A stretch of DNA of 33,933 nucleotides, taken from a virus. Its lineage: Duplodnaviria > Caudoviricetes. Positions 9,601 through 18,934 of the stretch are shown here, one piece after another; the first letter of the stretch is position 1, and every line of letters starts with the position of its first letter. Below the pieces are notes generated by a model. It made no database searches, was not told the origin of the DNA, and was given only the letters and a program-made list of their open reading frames with translations. Location: IMG/VR virus record IMGVR_UViG_3300011102_000346, positions 1 to 33,933 of that record; one strand, written 5' to 3'. A program made the translations under genes and the position numbers.

Positions 9601-11965
9601 TCTCGCCCACGGCATCTACGACGGCCCCACTGCGTCCGTGACGAGGGCGCTGACCTCCGCCGACCAGCGGAGGCTGTTCGGGATCTACGACGACATCCTT
9701 GAGATGGTGCGCACCAAAACGAACTGGGGCGTCTTGGACCCCAAGGACCCCACCCAGGAGCTGTCGCACCTCAAGGCGTGGTCCCATGCCTTGAACCATC
9801 AGCTGGGCAAGGATGTCGTCGCCCGTAAGTTCTTGAGGGGCGAGAGCGTGGAGGATGTCCTCGCGTGGACGAGGACCCATGAGGGCCGCAACTACCTGAA
9901 GCGGATGGGTCCGCTCGTTCGTGCGAACCGGGAGGACTGGCTCCGCGGCGTCGCCGGGATGGTGGACCAGTACACGCTGGGGGACCCCGACCTGATGCGG
10001 CTCGCCCTGGAGGGCAAGGTCACGACACGGATCCTCAAGCGGGTTCCGGTGAGTAAGCGCATGCCGGTGCATGGCGGGCAGATCGATCACGCCTTGGGCG
10101 CCGGGACGCTGGACGAGCTGCTGAACTCTGTGGCGAGCGGCTTCTACAAGATCGCCAGCAAGCTCCCCACGGACGCCCTGGTCCGCCACCCGGTGGCGGA
10201 CCACCTGTACCAGGCGAAGTTGCGGGAACTGGTCGCAGTCCAGGAGGCGCAGGGCATCAACATGCGGGCGCGTCCCGACCGGCTGTACCAGTTGGAGGAG
10301 GTTGCGCGGCAGTTCGTCGTCAAGGAGATGGACCGCATCTTCAAGGACAATCTGTTCTCCTCTCCGCAGACGGCCCTGAAGTTCGCGATGCCGTTCTTCG
10401 GCGCCTGGCGGGCGTCCATCGCCCGCTGGGCGGTGCAGGTGGGTGAGAACCCGTGGATCGTCGCCCGCGCCAACCAGGGCTGGCAGGGGCTTCATAAGCC
10501 GTTCGACGTGGTCGACGAGAACGGCGTCCCCATCGAGGACGCCGACGAGGAGGTCTTCGGCTTCGACACGAAGGCGAAGATCGTGGTCCGGCTCCCCGAG
10601 AAGGCGGCGAAGGCCCTCGGTGCCCTGCCGTTCGTTGGTGACGACGTCGGGGAGTTCGCTCCCGGGCGGATGATCCCGCTCCGCTCCTTCAACACGGTGT
10701 TGCAGGGCGACCCGTGGTACAACCCGGGCTTCGGCCCGTTCGTAACGGTCCCGGTCGCCGAGATCCTGCGGGACAAGCCCGAGTGGGCCGAGATCGCCGG
10801 GGAGACCGGGGTTCTGCCGTTCGGCACTCGCGCCAAGTGGTGGCAGCACGCGCTGCCCACCACTTGGCAGCGCGCCATCGTCGATCAGGAGGAGCTGGAC
10901 AACCGCGAGTACGTCAACACGTACATCAACATCCTGCGCGTGGAGTGGACCCGCTACCAGCGGGGGGACCGCGCGACCGAACCCACCCGCAAGGAGATCC
11001 AAGAGAAGGCCAAGAGCTTGACCAGGCTCCGCATCTGGGAGGCGCTTCTCTCGCCGGTGAGCACCCAGCCGATGTTCTACGCCAAGGAGTGGGAGACCAA
11101 GGTTCCCAAGGAGTGGCAGTTCCTGGCGGGCAAGCTGCGGGACTACAAGTCCCGGCTGGGCAACGAGCAGGGTGAGGCCGTCTTCCTGGAGGAGTTCCCC
11201 GAGGCGTGGCTCTACATGGAGAGCGTCAGCAAGAACAACTCCGGCATTCCGGCGAACTTCGAGGCCATGAGCAAGGCCAAGAAGTTCAAGCACCTGGCCT
11301 CCGTCGCCCCGGACATCTTCGACTCCGCGGTGGGGATTCAGAACCACGACTACAAGTCGTTCGATGCCGCGGTCTATGACGCACAGATGTTGATGACCTG
11401 GAGAGAGGACACCGGCCAGACCTACCGGGAGATGCGCGACCCCACGACCCTGGTCCTGAACGCCAAGGTCCGGGACGGGTGGACGAGGTATTCCAAGATG
11501 ATGGACTACATCCGCGCCGAACTGACGAGGCGCAACCTGCTCCATATCGAGGACCCCGGCGCGGAGGACCTGAAGTCCCTCAAGAGCGAGTACATCGACT
11601 ATCTCGTCGAGACGAACCAGGACTGGGCGGACGCCTACGGGGCGCCTGACCCGGCGCGATCCCGCCGCATCCGCGACCAGGCGTGGCTGGTCGCCAATGA
11701 CCAGAAGCTGCTCAGCGATCCCCATCGCACGGGGGAGTTGAAGACCTTGCGCACCTACCTGGTGGGGCGCCAGTGGTTTCTTGACCAGCTCGCGGCCCGA
11801 GGTCGGGCGGGCGGAGCGAAGACCCTGGACGCCAAGGCCAACCGGGATCTGCTCAAGGAGTGGAATCTCTTCCGCGAGTACCTCGGGCAGAAGAGCACGC
11901 GCTTTTCGGAGCTGTGGCTGGACCGCTATTTCGCGAACGACTACTTGCAGGAGGCGGGTAGCTGA
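6665..11965 (+). CDS. large virion protein, probable internal/ejection protein (1766 aa)
   Basis: long coupled ORF in the structural operon, helical A/R/E-rich; no catalytic motif recognised. Confidence 0.7.
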   Translation: MSLGRMHWWQRLELLSQSGAVPKGQYGATLDLATAPWSVAALPVAQPQAPQQNVAQEMASNPLGLRSLEAAQNQIAAPQAVGEAPEGESLASQLFGFGEPVFNALSWAYRELSSEVLSPITHILPTVWNTDHHRRIGADNSWEALFDGRTWKEIWDQGEKDSWGRGFWRTAWLINRGTSMWDPAKGEGIFETSGKFGTTDAEQRELEKHEMFDTLSGATDFLGVMFLDPLFIGGKYVASMRLLRTTKKSAPVIAKAEDFDEIMDSEPVARFLAWTDGRKPEEIVRHSALKNSPQAGLIADLLSKASMRDKDLIYRVALGDAKAFRELQATAPAIAAQYARMKGQHRLYELETLPLLGRSKAEQKAIRKDLKTVRKWFREEHRTMLKLAETEFIPEGMPFSPRWLPHGDPLVHNTYATVYARLGDERRLFAPTGMVERSLDEIEASMRQFEDFREAGRALRAQLEAKPSKASRRQAKRHLGSRLGELPERTPDGRRIRGQQSLADGIADELGVSRSIVRGIDAQMRAGLPVGVRGSAKQQVARLGGERSGHLERIEDLRSSRKALKQKQQIEPSYQQWWHEQLETYNPAPAAEFAEKMSRQLDLLDDWVAPELTQLNSEGAFFTRVQELADDVAVTPTKTGIFASVDVLPKGGAYSRIAEKKAEFGTKVAMVTQRRVRGALWHAGWASRPVYILNDLREGLARGNTPASISMGSPEAWRTVDAWLKRVRGLPPAVRMEWVRKFMGAADEQTKLQLVEKMEGAVIKHLLRVHGVTDDATIEQIVANTMGSHKAIFGRMADEAKALAEGRSPRAGDARTYNAVRPATLNLDGTALVPGPQLLTQLVNERPLLDVELLDKAFRRDRTVLQSLLPGSKLKDPVMSLATWTGRIWKLSVLARAGYAIRTVSDEVMVAAAALNSWMYLAGAISGAGRLAASQPARIRNVGARIQNRRAVRTRRLPEAELKEVPHQRGTKPVVVGDSLAHGIYDGPTASVTRALTSADQRRLFGIYDDILEMVRTKTNWGVLDPKDPTQELSHLKAWSHALNHQLGKDVVARKFLRGESVEDVLAWTRTHEGRNYLKRMGPLVRANREDWLRGVAGMVDQYTLGDPDLMRLALEGKVTTRILKRVPVSKRMPVHGGQIDHALGAGTLDELLNSVASGFYKIASKLPTDALVRHPVADHLYQAKLRELVAVQEAQGINMRARPDRLYQLEEVARQFVVKEMDRIFKDNLFSSPQTALKFAMPFFGAWRASIARWAVQVGENPWIVARANQGWQGLHKPFDVVDENGVPIEDADEEVFGFDTKAKIVVRLPEKAAKALGALPFVGDDVGEFAPGRMIPLRSFNTVLQGDPWYNPGFGPFVTVPVAEILRDKPEWAEIAGETGVLPFGTRAKWWQHALPTTWQRAIVDQEELDNREYVNTYINILRVEWTRYQRGDRATEPTRKEIQEKAKSLTRLRIWEALLSPVSTQPMFYAKEWETKVPKEWQFLAGKLRDYKSRLGNEQGEAVFLEEFPEAWLYMESVSKNNSGIPANFEAMSKAKKFKHLASVAPDIFDSAVGIQNHDYKSFDAAVYDAQMLMTWREDTGQTYREMRDPTTLVLNAKVRDGWTRYSKMMDYIRAELTRRNLLHIEDPGAEDLKSLKSEYIDYLVETNQDWADAYGAPDPARSRRIRDQAWLVANDQKLLSDPHRTGELKTLRTYLVGRQWFLDQLAARGRAGGAKTLDAKANRDLLKEWNLFREYLGQKSTRFSELWLDRYFANDYLQEAGS

Positions 11966-12768
11966 TGGCTGATCCGAAGGCTGGGGACTCCGTCCCCGGG
12001 ATCGAGACCCTCGATCCCGATTTCGAGCGGTGGAAGGCCGGCCGCGGAGGCGGGGAGGCCCTCCCGGGTGGGGATATCTTCATGAACGCCCCCAACGGGG
12101 GGCTGGTCGTGCGCAACGGCGGCATGTTCGGGTCCACGAAAGACCCGCTGCTGAAGATCCGTGACGTGATGTGGCGGTTCTACCGCTGGGATGACGAGAA
12201 GGTCCGCAAGCTCGCCGAGAAGCTGGGCCGTGCCGGCTTCGAGGTGGACGCCTCCTCTACGCGGGACGCGGTTTGGGAGGCGCTGTACGACCTCCTGATG
12301 GAGGCCGCCATGCGCACGCAGGCGCTGGGGGAGGACAAGGCTCCCACGGTGGACCAGATCCTTCAGAGCTACCTGCGGAACCCTGTGGGCAGTGCCGCGA
12401 CGAAGGAGAAGCCGGAGTCCTACACGCAGACCTCTACGCAGCTCACGGACCCGTCCAGCGCCCGCGCGCTGCTGGACAAGGTCCTGGCGGAGGAGCTGGG
12501 CCGGGACCCCACGGCGGCGGAGCGGAATGCGTTCCTCTCCGCGCTGCACGCCGCGGAGAGGGCGAACCCGGTCAGGACGACGCAGCGCCTCGACCGGAGC
12601 ACCGGGATGTATTTGACGAGCGAGACCTCGGGTGGGATCGACCCGGAGGAGTTCGCTCGCCAGTGGGTTGATGACGACGAGACGAGAGCGAAGGAGCGCG
12701 GGGACTACCAGATGGCGGGGACCTACTTCGACGCATTGCTTCAGGCGATTCAGAGCCCGGTGGGCTGA
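11965..12768 (+). CDS. probable internal virion protein
   Basis: 267 aa, TGATG coupling on both sides. Confidence 0.65.
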   Translation: MADPKAGDSVPGIETLDPDFERWKAGRGGGEALPGGDIFMNAPNGGLVVRNGGMFGSTKDPLLKIRDVMWRFYRWDDEKVRKLAEKLGRAGFEVDASSTRDAVWEALYDLLMEAAMRTQALGEDKAPTVDQILQSYLRNPVGSAATKEKPESYTQTSTQLTDPSSARALLDKVLAEELGRDPTAAERNAFLSALHAAERANPVRTTQRLDRSTGMYLTSETSGGIDPEEFARQWVDDDETRAKERGDYQMAGTYFDALLQAIQSPVG

Positions 12769-13913
12769 TGGCGTTCGACGACGAGCAGCGGGCCAATGCC
12801 CGCGTCATCATCGCGGTGGGCCGGGAGATGGGGATGTCCTCGCGGGACATCCTCATCGCCCTCATGACGGCCATGCAGGAGTCGGGGTTGCGGAACCTGA
12901 ACTACGGGGACCGGGACTCGCTGGGACTGTTCCAGCAGCGCCCCAGCCAGGGCTGGGGGACCCCCCAGCAGGTCACCAACCCGATCTATGCCGCCCGGAA
13001 GTTCTTCGAGGGCTTGGCGAAGGTCAAGGACCGCCACCGGATGTCGCTGACGCTGGCGGCCCAGGCCGTCCAGCGCAGTGCCTACCCGTACGCCTATGCC
13101 AAGCACGAGGACAACGCCCGTCGCCTGATGAACTCCCTGGGGGAGGACGGGGGGTTGCCCTTCCCTCTGATCGCGCCTCGGATGGATCTGGATGATCTGG
13201 GGGCATTGGCCCCGGACGAGCCTGAGACCCTCGATGAGGCTCTCAAGGTCGATTCGGCTGGTATAGCCTCGGAAGACCCCTCGAAGCCTCACACGGGCAT
13301 CACAGCCACGCCCAAGCCCCTTGAGGTGCCGATCCAACAGGTATCGGCTCCGGAGCCGATCGACCCCGAAGTCCAGCCCGGGGAGGGGCACACCTTCCCG
13401 GCACTGACCCGCCTGGTGGAGGGCGGGGCCAGAGAGGCGATGGTCGATGCGGCTCTGCGGGTGCTGGGCACGCCCTACTCCTGGGGCGGCGGCAACGCCC
13501 AAGGAGCCACCCGCGGCATCGGCCGCGGGGCCGGGACGGTGGGCTTCGATTGCTCGGGACTGGTGCAGTACGCCCTGAACCAGGCCGGCTGGAAGGTCGG
13601 CGACATGGTCGCCGCCCAGCAGATGAGGCTGGGCAAGCGGACCTCCATAGACCAGCTCCAGCCCGGCGACCTGGTCGCCAGACCGGACGGCTCCCACATC
13701 GGGATCTACATCGGCAACGGCCAGATGATCCACGCCCCCTCCACGGGGGATGTGGTGAAGATCGCCCCCGTCCAGGCGGGCATGGTCGGCATCGCCCTGT
13801 CCTTCAAGGGCGACGGCGGTCACCGCATGGGCCTGATGGCAGGCCCCTCCACCGGGTCCACACCCTCTCGCCGGGGAGGGACCGCACCACTCAACAGTTA
13901 CGCGGGGTTGTAG
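12768..13913 (+). CDS. virion peptidoglycan hydrolase: lytic-transglycosylase-like domain plus NlpC/P60
   Basis: AMQESGL..GDRDSLGLFQQRPSQGWG N-domain; GTPYSWGGG, FDCSGLV, PGDLV, HIGIY, IHA C-domain. Confidence 0.9.
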   Translation: MAFDDEQRANARVIIAVGREMGMSSRDILIALMTAMQESGLRNLNYGDRDSLGLFQQRPSQGWGTPQQVTNPIYAARKFFEGLAKVKDRHRMSLTLAAQAVQRSAYPYAYAKHEDNARRLMNSLGEDGGLPFPLIAPRMDLDDLGALAPDEPETLDEALKVDSAGIASEDPSKPHTGITATPKPLEVPIQQVSAPEPIDPEVQPGEGHTFPALTRLVEGGAREAMVDAALRVLGTPYSWGGGNAQGATRGIGRGAGTVGFDCSGLVQYALNQAGWKVGDMVAAQQMRLGKRTSIDQLQPGDLVARPDGSHIGIYIGNGQMIHAPSTGDVVKIAPVQAGMVGIALSFKGDGGHRMGLMAGPSTGSTPSRRGGTAPLNSYAGL

Positions 13914-14843
13914 ATGCCACCCAAGAAGAAGGACCTCGAAGGCGCCCAGAGCCCGGCCTCCTCGATGGGCGGGCGCGTCACCGAGGAGCACGAGGAGTTC
14001 GCCGAGCGCTACGGCTGGGCCGTGGCGGTCTTCAAGAGCAACCCCGAGCTGTGGCGGCTGCTCAACCGCGCCATCAAGGGCGGTTGGGAGACCGGCAAGT
14101 TCGTCGCCGAACTCCGCCGGACCAAGTGGTTCAAGAAGCACTCCGAGGTCTGGCGAGAGAACGAGGTCCTCCGCCTGACCGACCCGGGCACCTACAGGCA
14201 GAAGTACGACGCCCTATACGCCGAGGTGCAGGACATGGCGGCCCGGCTCACCGGCAGCGAACTGACCGCCGCCCAGGCCAAGCGCATCGTCGAGGAGTCC
14301 CTCGCGTTCGGCTGGAACGATGCCCAGATAAGGAACGCCCTGGCAGGCTTCCTCAAACAGCAGAAGGGCGGAGGCTTCGGAGGTGAGGCCGGCGAGGCCG
14401 AGGCCGAACTCCGCGCCTACGCCGCGGACATGGGCGTGAACCTCTCCGCCCCGACCGTCACCAAGTGGCTGAAGTCGATCCTCGCGGGCAAGTCCACGCT
14501 CCAGGGCTACAAGACCTGGATTCAGAACCAGGCCATGAGTACCTATCCGGGATTGGCCGAGTTCATCAGGCAGGGTCGTACTGTCCGCCAGTTGGCGGAC
14601 CCCTACATGCAGTTGATGGCCGAGGTCTGGGAGGCCAACCCCGACTCCATCAAGCTCAATAATGCGACTTTGCTCAAGGCGCTCCAGTACCAGAACAAGG
14701 ACGGTACGGGAGCCCTGATGAACCTCGGGGACTTCCGCCGCATGCTCAAGGCGGACCCCCGGTACCTGAGCACCAAACAGGCGGTGGACGATGCCACGGA
14801 CATCGGCCACCAGATCCTCAAGGACTTCGGATTGGTGGGCTGA
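13914..14843 (+). CDS. probable internal virion protein
   Basis: 309 aa helical protein inside the structural operon. Confidence 0.65.
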   Translation: MPPKKKDLEGAQSPASSMGGRVTEEHEEFAERYGWAVAVFKSNPELWRLLNRAIKGGWETGKFVAELRRTKWFKKHSEVWRENEVLRLTDPGTYRQKYDALYAEVQDMAARLTGSELTAAQAKRIVEESLAFGWNDAQIRNALAGFLKQQKGGGFGGEAGEAEAELRAYAADMGVNLSAPTVTKWLKSILAGKSTLQGYKTWIQNQAMSTYPGLAEFIRQGRTVRQLADPYMQLMAEVWEANPDSIKLNNATLLKALQYQNKDGTGALMNLGDFRRMLKADPRYLSTKQAVDDATDIGHQILKDFGLVG

Positions 14844-14844
14844 C

Positions 14845-15918
14845 ATGGCCAAGGACACGATGGTTCGGGGCAAGGATCCGACCCCGAAGAAGAAGAAGAA
14901 CACCGACCAGGTCATCCCCCTCCGCCCGGGCCCGAAGGACCCGAAGAAGGACCCGACCGCACCCGCGCCCCCCCGCATCGCGGGAGCGGCCACCGCGCCG
15001 GCGGTGAAGACCCCGGCGCAGATCGAGGCGGAGAGGGCGGCAGCCGCGGCAGAGGCCGCGCTGGAGGCGCAGAAGGCGTCCGCCCGGGCGGACGCCTTGG
15101 CGACCCTGACCATGATGTTCGAAGAGTGGGGGCTCCAGGGTCTGGCAGGGGTGGTGACCCAGTACCTCCAGCAGGACTACACCGTGAACCAGATCCTGGT
15201 GGAGATCCGCAAGTCCGAGCCGTACAAGCAACGGTTCATCGGCAACGAGCTGCGAGTCAAGGCGGGCTACGCCGCCTTGAGTCCTGCGGAGTACATCGCC
15301 ACGGAGAACGCCTACAAGCGCCTCATGGAGGCGGCGGGCCTGCCCAAGGGCTTCTGGGACGACCCCAGCGATTTCGCGAACCTGATGGGCCACAACATCA
15401 GCGTGGCCGAACTCGGGGAGCGGATCGACATCGCCGCCGACGCCATCAACAGCAAGGACCCGAATTACCTGTCCGCCCTGCGGCAGGCGGGGTTCGGGGA
15501 GGGCGATCTGCTGGCCTACGTCCTGGACCCAGAGAGGGCGCTGCCGATCCTGCGCCGGCAGGTCGGCACGGCGAAGATCGGCTCCGCGGCCATGAAGTAC
15601 GGCCTGGACTGGAGTGTGGACCGCGCGGAGCGGTTCTATGACCAGCTCAAGGACGGTCAGGGGGGCGTGGACGCCGGACTGGCGCAGCAGGCGTACGGCC
15701 AGGTCGCGGCGGCCCTGCCCGCCGCCTCCAGGCTCTCGCGCATCCACAGGGGTGCCCCTGGGGTGGACCAGGCCGTCCTGGAGGACGAGTTCTTGGGGCA
15801 GGACGCCACCGCGCAGCAGAGGCGCGTGGGGCTCGCCCTCAGGGAGCGGCAGATGTTCTCCGGTTCGGGTGCCGCGCGCAAGGGCGCGCTCACGGGGAGG
15901 ACCGCGGGGTCCTACTAA
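14845..15918 (+). CDS. probable internal virion protein
   Basis: 357 aa, ATG two nt after the previous stop; K/P/A-rich N-terminus. Confidence 0.65.
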   Translation: MAKDTMVRGKDPTPKKKKNTDQVIPLRPGPKDPKKDPTAPAPPRIAGAATAPAVKTPAQIEAERAAAAAEAALEAQKASARADALATLTMMFEEWGLQGLAGVVTQYLQQDYTVNQILVEIRKSEPYKQRFIGNELRVKAGYAALSPAEYIATENAYKRLMEAAGLPKGFWDDPSDFANLMGHNISVAELGERIDIAADAINSKDPNYLSALRQAGFGEGDLLAYVLDPERALPILRRQVGTAKIGSAAMKYGLDWSVDRAERFYDQLKDGQGGVDAGLAQQAYGQVAAALPAASRLSRIHRGAPGVDQAVLEDEFLGQDATAQQRRVGLALRERQMFSGSGAARKGALTGRTAGSY

Positions 15919-15957
15919 TGACACTGAGGTGTCAAAAGTCGGAGTCATGGTTATACT
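15919..15957 (+). promoter_or_regulatory. promoter for scaffold/capsid genes
   Basis: GTGTCA(15929)-17nt-TATACT(15952); TGACAC-tgag-GTGTCA palindrome overlaps -35. Confidence 0.55.
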
Positions 15958-15964
15958 TCCCCTT

Positions 15965-16160
15965 GGAACGTGAAGAACCTTCACGTTCTGGAGCGTCAGA
16001 GCATGCAGAGCCACCGTCCGGTCCTGGGGGGGAAGCCGGCACGGCAGCGGGATGCAAGACCCCGCTGACGCACTCTGACGGGCACCGGCCGGCAGCCCGT
16101 CAAGTAGTAAGCCCGGTAGTGGGAGCTGGACCCTCTTCCCCAGGAGGAATCCTGGCCCGC
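15965..16160 (+). ncRNA. structured 5' leader / cis-regulatory RNA candidate
   Basis: stems 15965-15989, 15994/16080, 16045-16067, 16076-16102, 16140-16155 (GGAA tetraloop); possible pseudoknot 16084-88/16113-17. Confidence 0.5.
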
Positions 16161-16186
16161 GATCAGACGTAGATGGGTGGAGACAG

Positions 16187-16678
16187 GTGAACGACGGCGA
16201 GTACTACGAGGACGACTACTCCGACGAGGAGCCGGAAGCCGAACCCCAGGGTTCGGGCAACCTGGTGAAGGACCTCCGCAACCAGCTGAAGGCCAAGGCC
16301 AAGGCCGAGAAGGAGCTCCGCGAGCGACTGGCTCAAATGGAAAGCCAGTACCGCCAGACCGCCCTCAAGGAGGCGCTTCGAGACGCCGGCGTCAACGAGA
16401 AGGTGGCCAAGCTGATCCCCTCGGACGTCGCCCCCGACCAGGTGGGCGACTGGCTGGAGGAGTTCGGCGACGTACTCGGCGTCAAGAAGGCCGAGCCCGC
16501 GCCGCAGGCTTCCCAGGAGCCGGACCCCGAGGTCCAGGCCCTCCAGTCCATGCAGGCCATGAGCGCGACGGGTACCGCCCCGTCCGGTCAGGTCACCGAG
16601 GCCGACCTGATGGCCGCCGCTACCCCACAGGACTTCTGGGAGCTGCTGCGCAAGGCGGGAGCCCGGCCCCCGCAGTGA
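16187..16678 (+). CDS. capsid scaffolding protein
   Basis: acidic N-terminus, coiled coil, immediately upstream of the capsid gene. Confidence 0.8.
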   Translation: MNDGEYYEDDYSDEEPEAEPQGSGNLVKDLRNQLKAKAKAEKELRERLAQMESQYRQTALKEALRDAGVNEKVAKLIPSDVAPDQVGDWLEEFGDVLGVKKAEPAPQASQEPDPEVQALQSMQAMSATGTAPSGQVTEADLMAAATPQDFWELLRKAGARPPQ

Positions 16679-16733
16679 TCGCCCTTCCCCCTAGCGCCTT
16701 CCAGATCACATCTGCGATCTGAAAGGACGCGTC

Positions 16734-17702
16734 GTGCCCGACGCCTTTACTTCAACAGACCCGAGCACTCTAGGTACCTCCCTCGTCCAGACCGCCTACG
16801 ACAGGGCGATCGCCTGGGAGCTGTGGCCGCTTCCCCTCTTCCGCAAGCTCGCCACCAAGAAGCCCGTTGAACAGGCCATGCCCGGCGAGACCGTGGTCAT
16901 GCAGCTGGCGGGCTACCTGAGCCCCGCCACGAGCCCACTCCAGGAGACGGTGGACGTCTCCGCGGTGGCGCTGCCCTCGACCCGGAGCGTCTCGGTCACG
17001 CTCCAGGAATGGGGCAACGCGGTCGTCACCACGATGAAGCTCCGTCAGGTCGCTCTGGCCGACGTGGACCCCATCGTGGCGAAGACCATCGCAAAGAACA
17101 TGGCGGACTCCCTGGACGGCATCATCGAGCCCGTTCTCCGGGGCGGCACCAACGTCATCCAGGTCAACAACGGTGCGGTCAAGTCGAACCTGATCACCGG
17201 CGGCGCGGGCGCCACCAGCTCAGTGAAGACCTCGGACAAGTTCAGCTCGGCACTGCCGAGGCTCGCCAAGACCAAGTTCGAGGCCCAGTCCGTGGAGACC
17301 TACAACGGCGACTACGTCGTCTTCCTCCACCCGGACCAGAGCCACGACCTCCGCTCGGAGACCGGCTCCGGCGGATGGCGGGACCCGCAGATGTACTTCG
17401 CGGGCACCGGCATCTGGAACGGCCAGATCGGCCGCTACGAGGGCTGCTCCTACGTAGAATCCCCGCGCATCTACAACGCCAAGGACGGCGACTCGTCCGC
17501 CCGCGTCTACCGCGCCTTCGCCCTGGGTCGCGAGGCGCTCGCCGAGGCGTGCGCCGTCGAGCCCGGCATCCGCATCGGCCCCGTCACCGACAAGCTGATG
17601 CGCTTCCGCACCGCAGGCTGGTACGCGCTGTGCGGCTGGGCTCGCTACCGCGAGGAGGCCCTCATTCGCATCGAGACCTCTTCCACGGTCGCCGCGGGCT
17701 GA
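16734..17702 (+). CDS. major capsid protein (N4-gp56-family-like, HK97 fold)
   Basis: 322 aa; AAAGGA RBS; VTLQEWGNAV, YVVFLHPDQ..DLR, GRYEG..YVESP, DKLMRFRTAGWY motifs. Confidence 0.9.
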   Translation: MPDAFTSTDPSTLGTSLVQTAYDRAIAWELWPLPLFRKLATKKPVEQAMPGETVVMQLAGYLSPATSPLQETVDVSAVALPSTRSVSVTLQEWGNAVVTTMKLRQVALADVDPIVAKTIAKNMADSLDGIIEPVLRGGTNVIQVNNGAVKSNLITGGAGATSSVKTSDKFSSALPRLAKTKFEAQSVETYNGDYVVFLHPDQSHDLRSETGSGGWRDPQMYFAGTGIWNGQIGRYEGCSYVESPRIYNAKDGDSSARVYRAFALGREALAEACAVEPGIRIGPVTDKLMRFRTAGWYALCGWARYREEALIRIETSSTVAAG

Positions 17703-18010
17703 TGGAGTACACGCTGGACCCGCCCACTGCGGAGCAGGTTCAGGCGGGCAGGGACCGCTTCCTCTCCCGCTACCTGCTCCCGCAGGGCATCACGCTCGTT
17801 CACGGCCAGGACGGCGCGGTCTACGAGCGCGCCTACCCGAGCCAGGACGAGCTGACCGCCGCCCGAGCCTACTGGCTGGGCGGGCACCGGCACATCCTCA
17901 CCCAGGAGCAGCGCAACCTGCTGGTCGGAGCCGGTTACGGCTCCTGCATCACTCCGGACACCTCTGGCTACGGAGGGGGGGAGTACGGCATGCAGCCGTA
18001 CGGGACCTGA
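17702..18010 (+). CDS. small virion protein, 102 aa
   Basis: TGATG coupled to capsid gene; ends in YG-rich tail GYGGGEYGMQPYGT. Confidence 0.75.
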   Translation: MEYTLDPPTAEQVQAGRDRFLSRYLLPQGITLVHGQDGAVYERAYPSQDELTAARAYWLGGHRHILTQEQRNLLVGAGYGSCITPDTSGYGGGEYGMQPYGT

Positions 18011-18918
18011 TGGCACTACCCAACGTCGGAGACCAGGACTGGGGCCCTGTCCTCAACGCCCACATCACGGGCATGGAAGACGACATTGCCGGCCGCCTGG
18101 CACGGTCGGCCAACCTTTCGGACTTGACCGACGTCGCGACCGCCCGCACCAGCCTGGGGCTGGGCGGCGCGGCCCTGTTGGAGGTCGGGGTAACGGCCGG
18201 GACGGTGGCCGCCGGCGACGACTGGCGGCTGTCGACGGCAGCCGCCCTGGTGGAGGTCGACTGGGCCCCGGAGACGGAGTACACCGAGGGACAGATCATC
18301 CGCTCGCCCCTGGGCGCGCGCTACCGGGTGACGGCCGACCACACCAGCGGCTCCACCTTCGGCCAGGACAACCTGGAGATGTTGGACGGCCCCTGGCCCG
18401 GCCAGCCCATATCCCCGAACTCCTACGTCTATCTGGGCACCACCGGCACCAGCACGTCCCAGATCGCGGCCGGGTCCCTGCGGGCCTACGCCTGGTACCT
18501 GCCCCAGCCCACTTCGCTCAGCCGGATCTTCGCCGAGGTCACCACCGTCGGCGACGGCGGGTCGAAGGTGCGGCTGGGCATCTACGCCGATACCGGACTC
18601 GGGAGTCCCGGAGAGCTTGTTCTGGACGCCGGGACGATCGCCGGGGATTCGGCGACCGTCCAGGAACTGACCATCGACCTGACCTTGCCGCGGGGCCTGT
18701 ACTGGCCCGCGGCGGTCTCCCAGGCGGTCACCACCACGGCCCCGACCGTGCGGACCGTCACCCCCGCCATCCCCATCAACGTCAGCACCCTGCCCTCCGC
18801 GGGTGAATCCAACGGCGGCTGGGCTCACGGCAACAGCGTGAGCGGCGCCCTGCCCGACACCTTCATCCCGTCCGGCCGGACCTCGATCGTCACCCGCATC
18901 GGGGTCAAGGCGGCCTGA
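18010..18918 (+). CDS. fibre/spike-like minor virion protein
   Basis: NLSDLTDVATARTSLGLG fibre motif; CBM5/12-like WAPETEYTEGQII..RYRVTADHTSG; beta-rich C-terminus. Confidence 0.7.
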   Translation: MALPNVGDQDWGPVLNAHITGMEDDIAGRLARSANLSDLTDVATARTSLGLGGAALLEVGVTAGTVAAGDDWRLSTAAALVEVDWAPETEYTEGQIIRSPLGARYRVTADHTSGSTFGQDNLEMLDGPWPGQPISPNSYVYLGTTGTSTSQIAAGSLRAYAWYLPQPTSLSRIFAEVTTVGDGGSKVRLGIYADTGLGSPGELVLDAGTIAGDSATVQELTIDLTLPRGLYWPAAVSQAVTTTAPTVRTVTPAIPINVSTLPSAGESNGGWAHGNSVSGALPDTFIPSGRTSIVTRIGVKAA

Positions 18919-18934
18919 GCAAGGAGACCTCATC

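Noticed and set aside
6665-11965. N4-like virion RNA polymerase reading hairpin promoters
   Set aside because: No T7-family polymerase motifs recognised and the protein is about half the size of N4 vRNAP; needs a structure search to exclude fully
17690-17710. Programmed frameshift extending the capsid protein
   Set aside because: No slippery sequence; ordinary TGATG coupling
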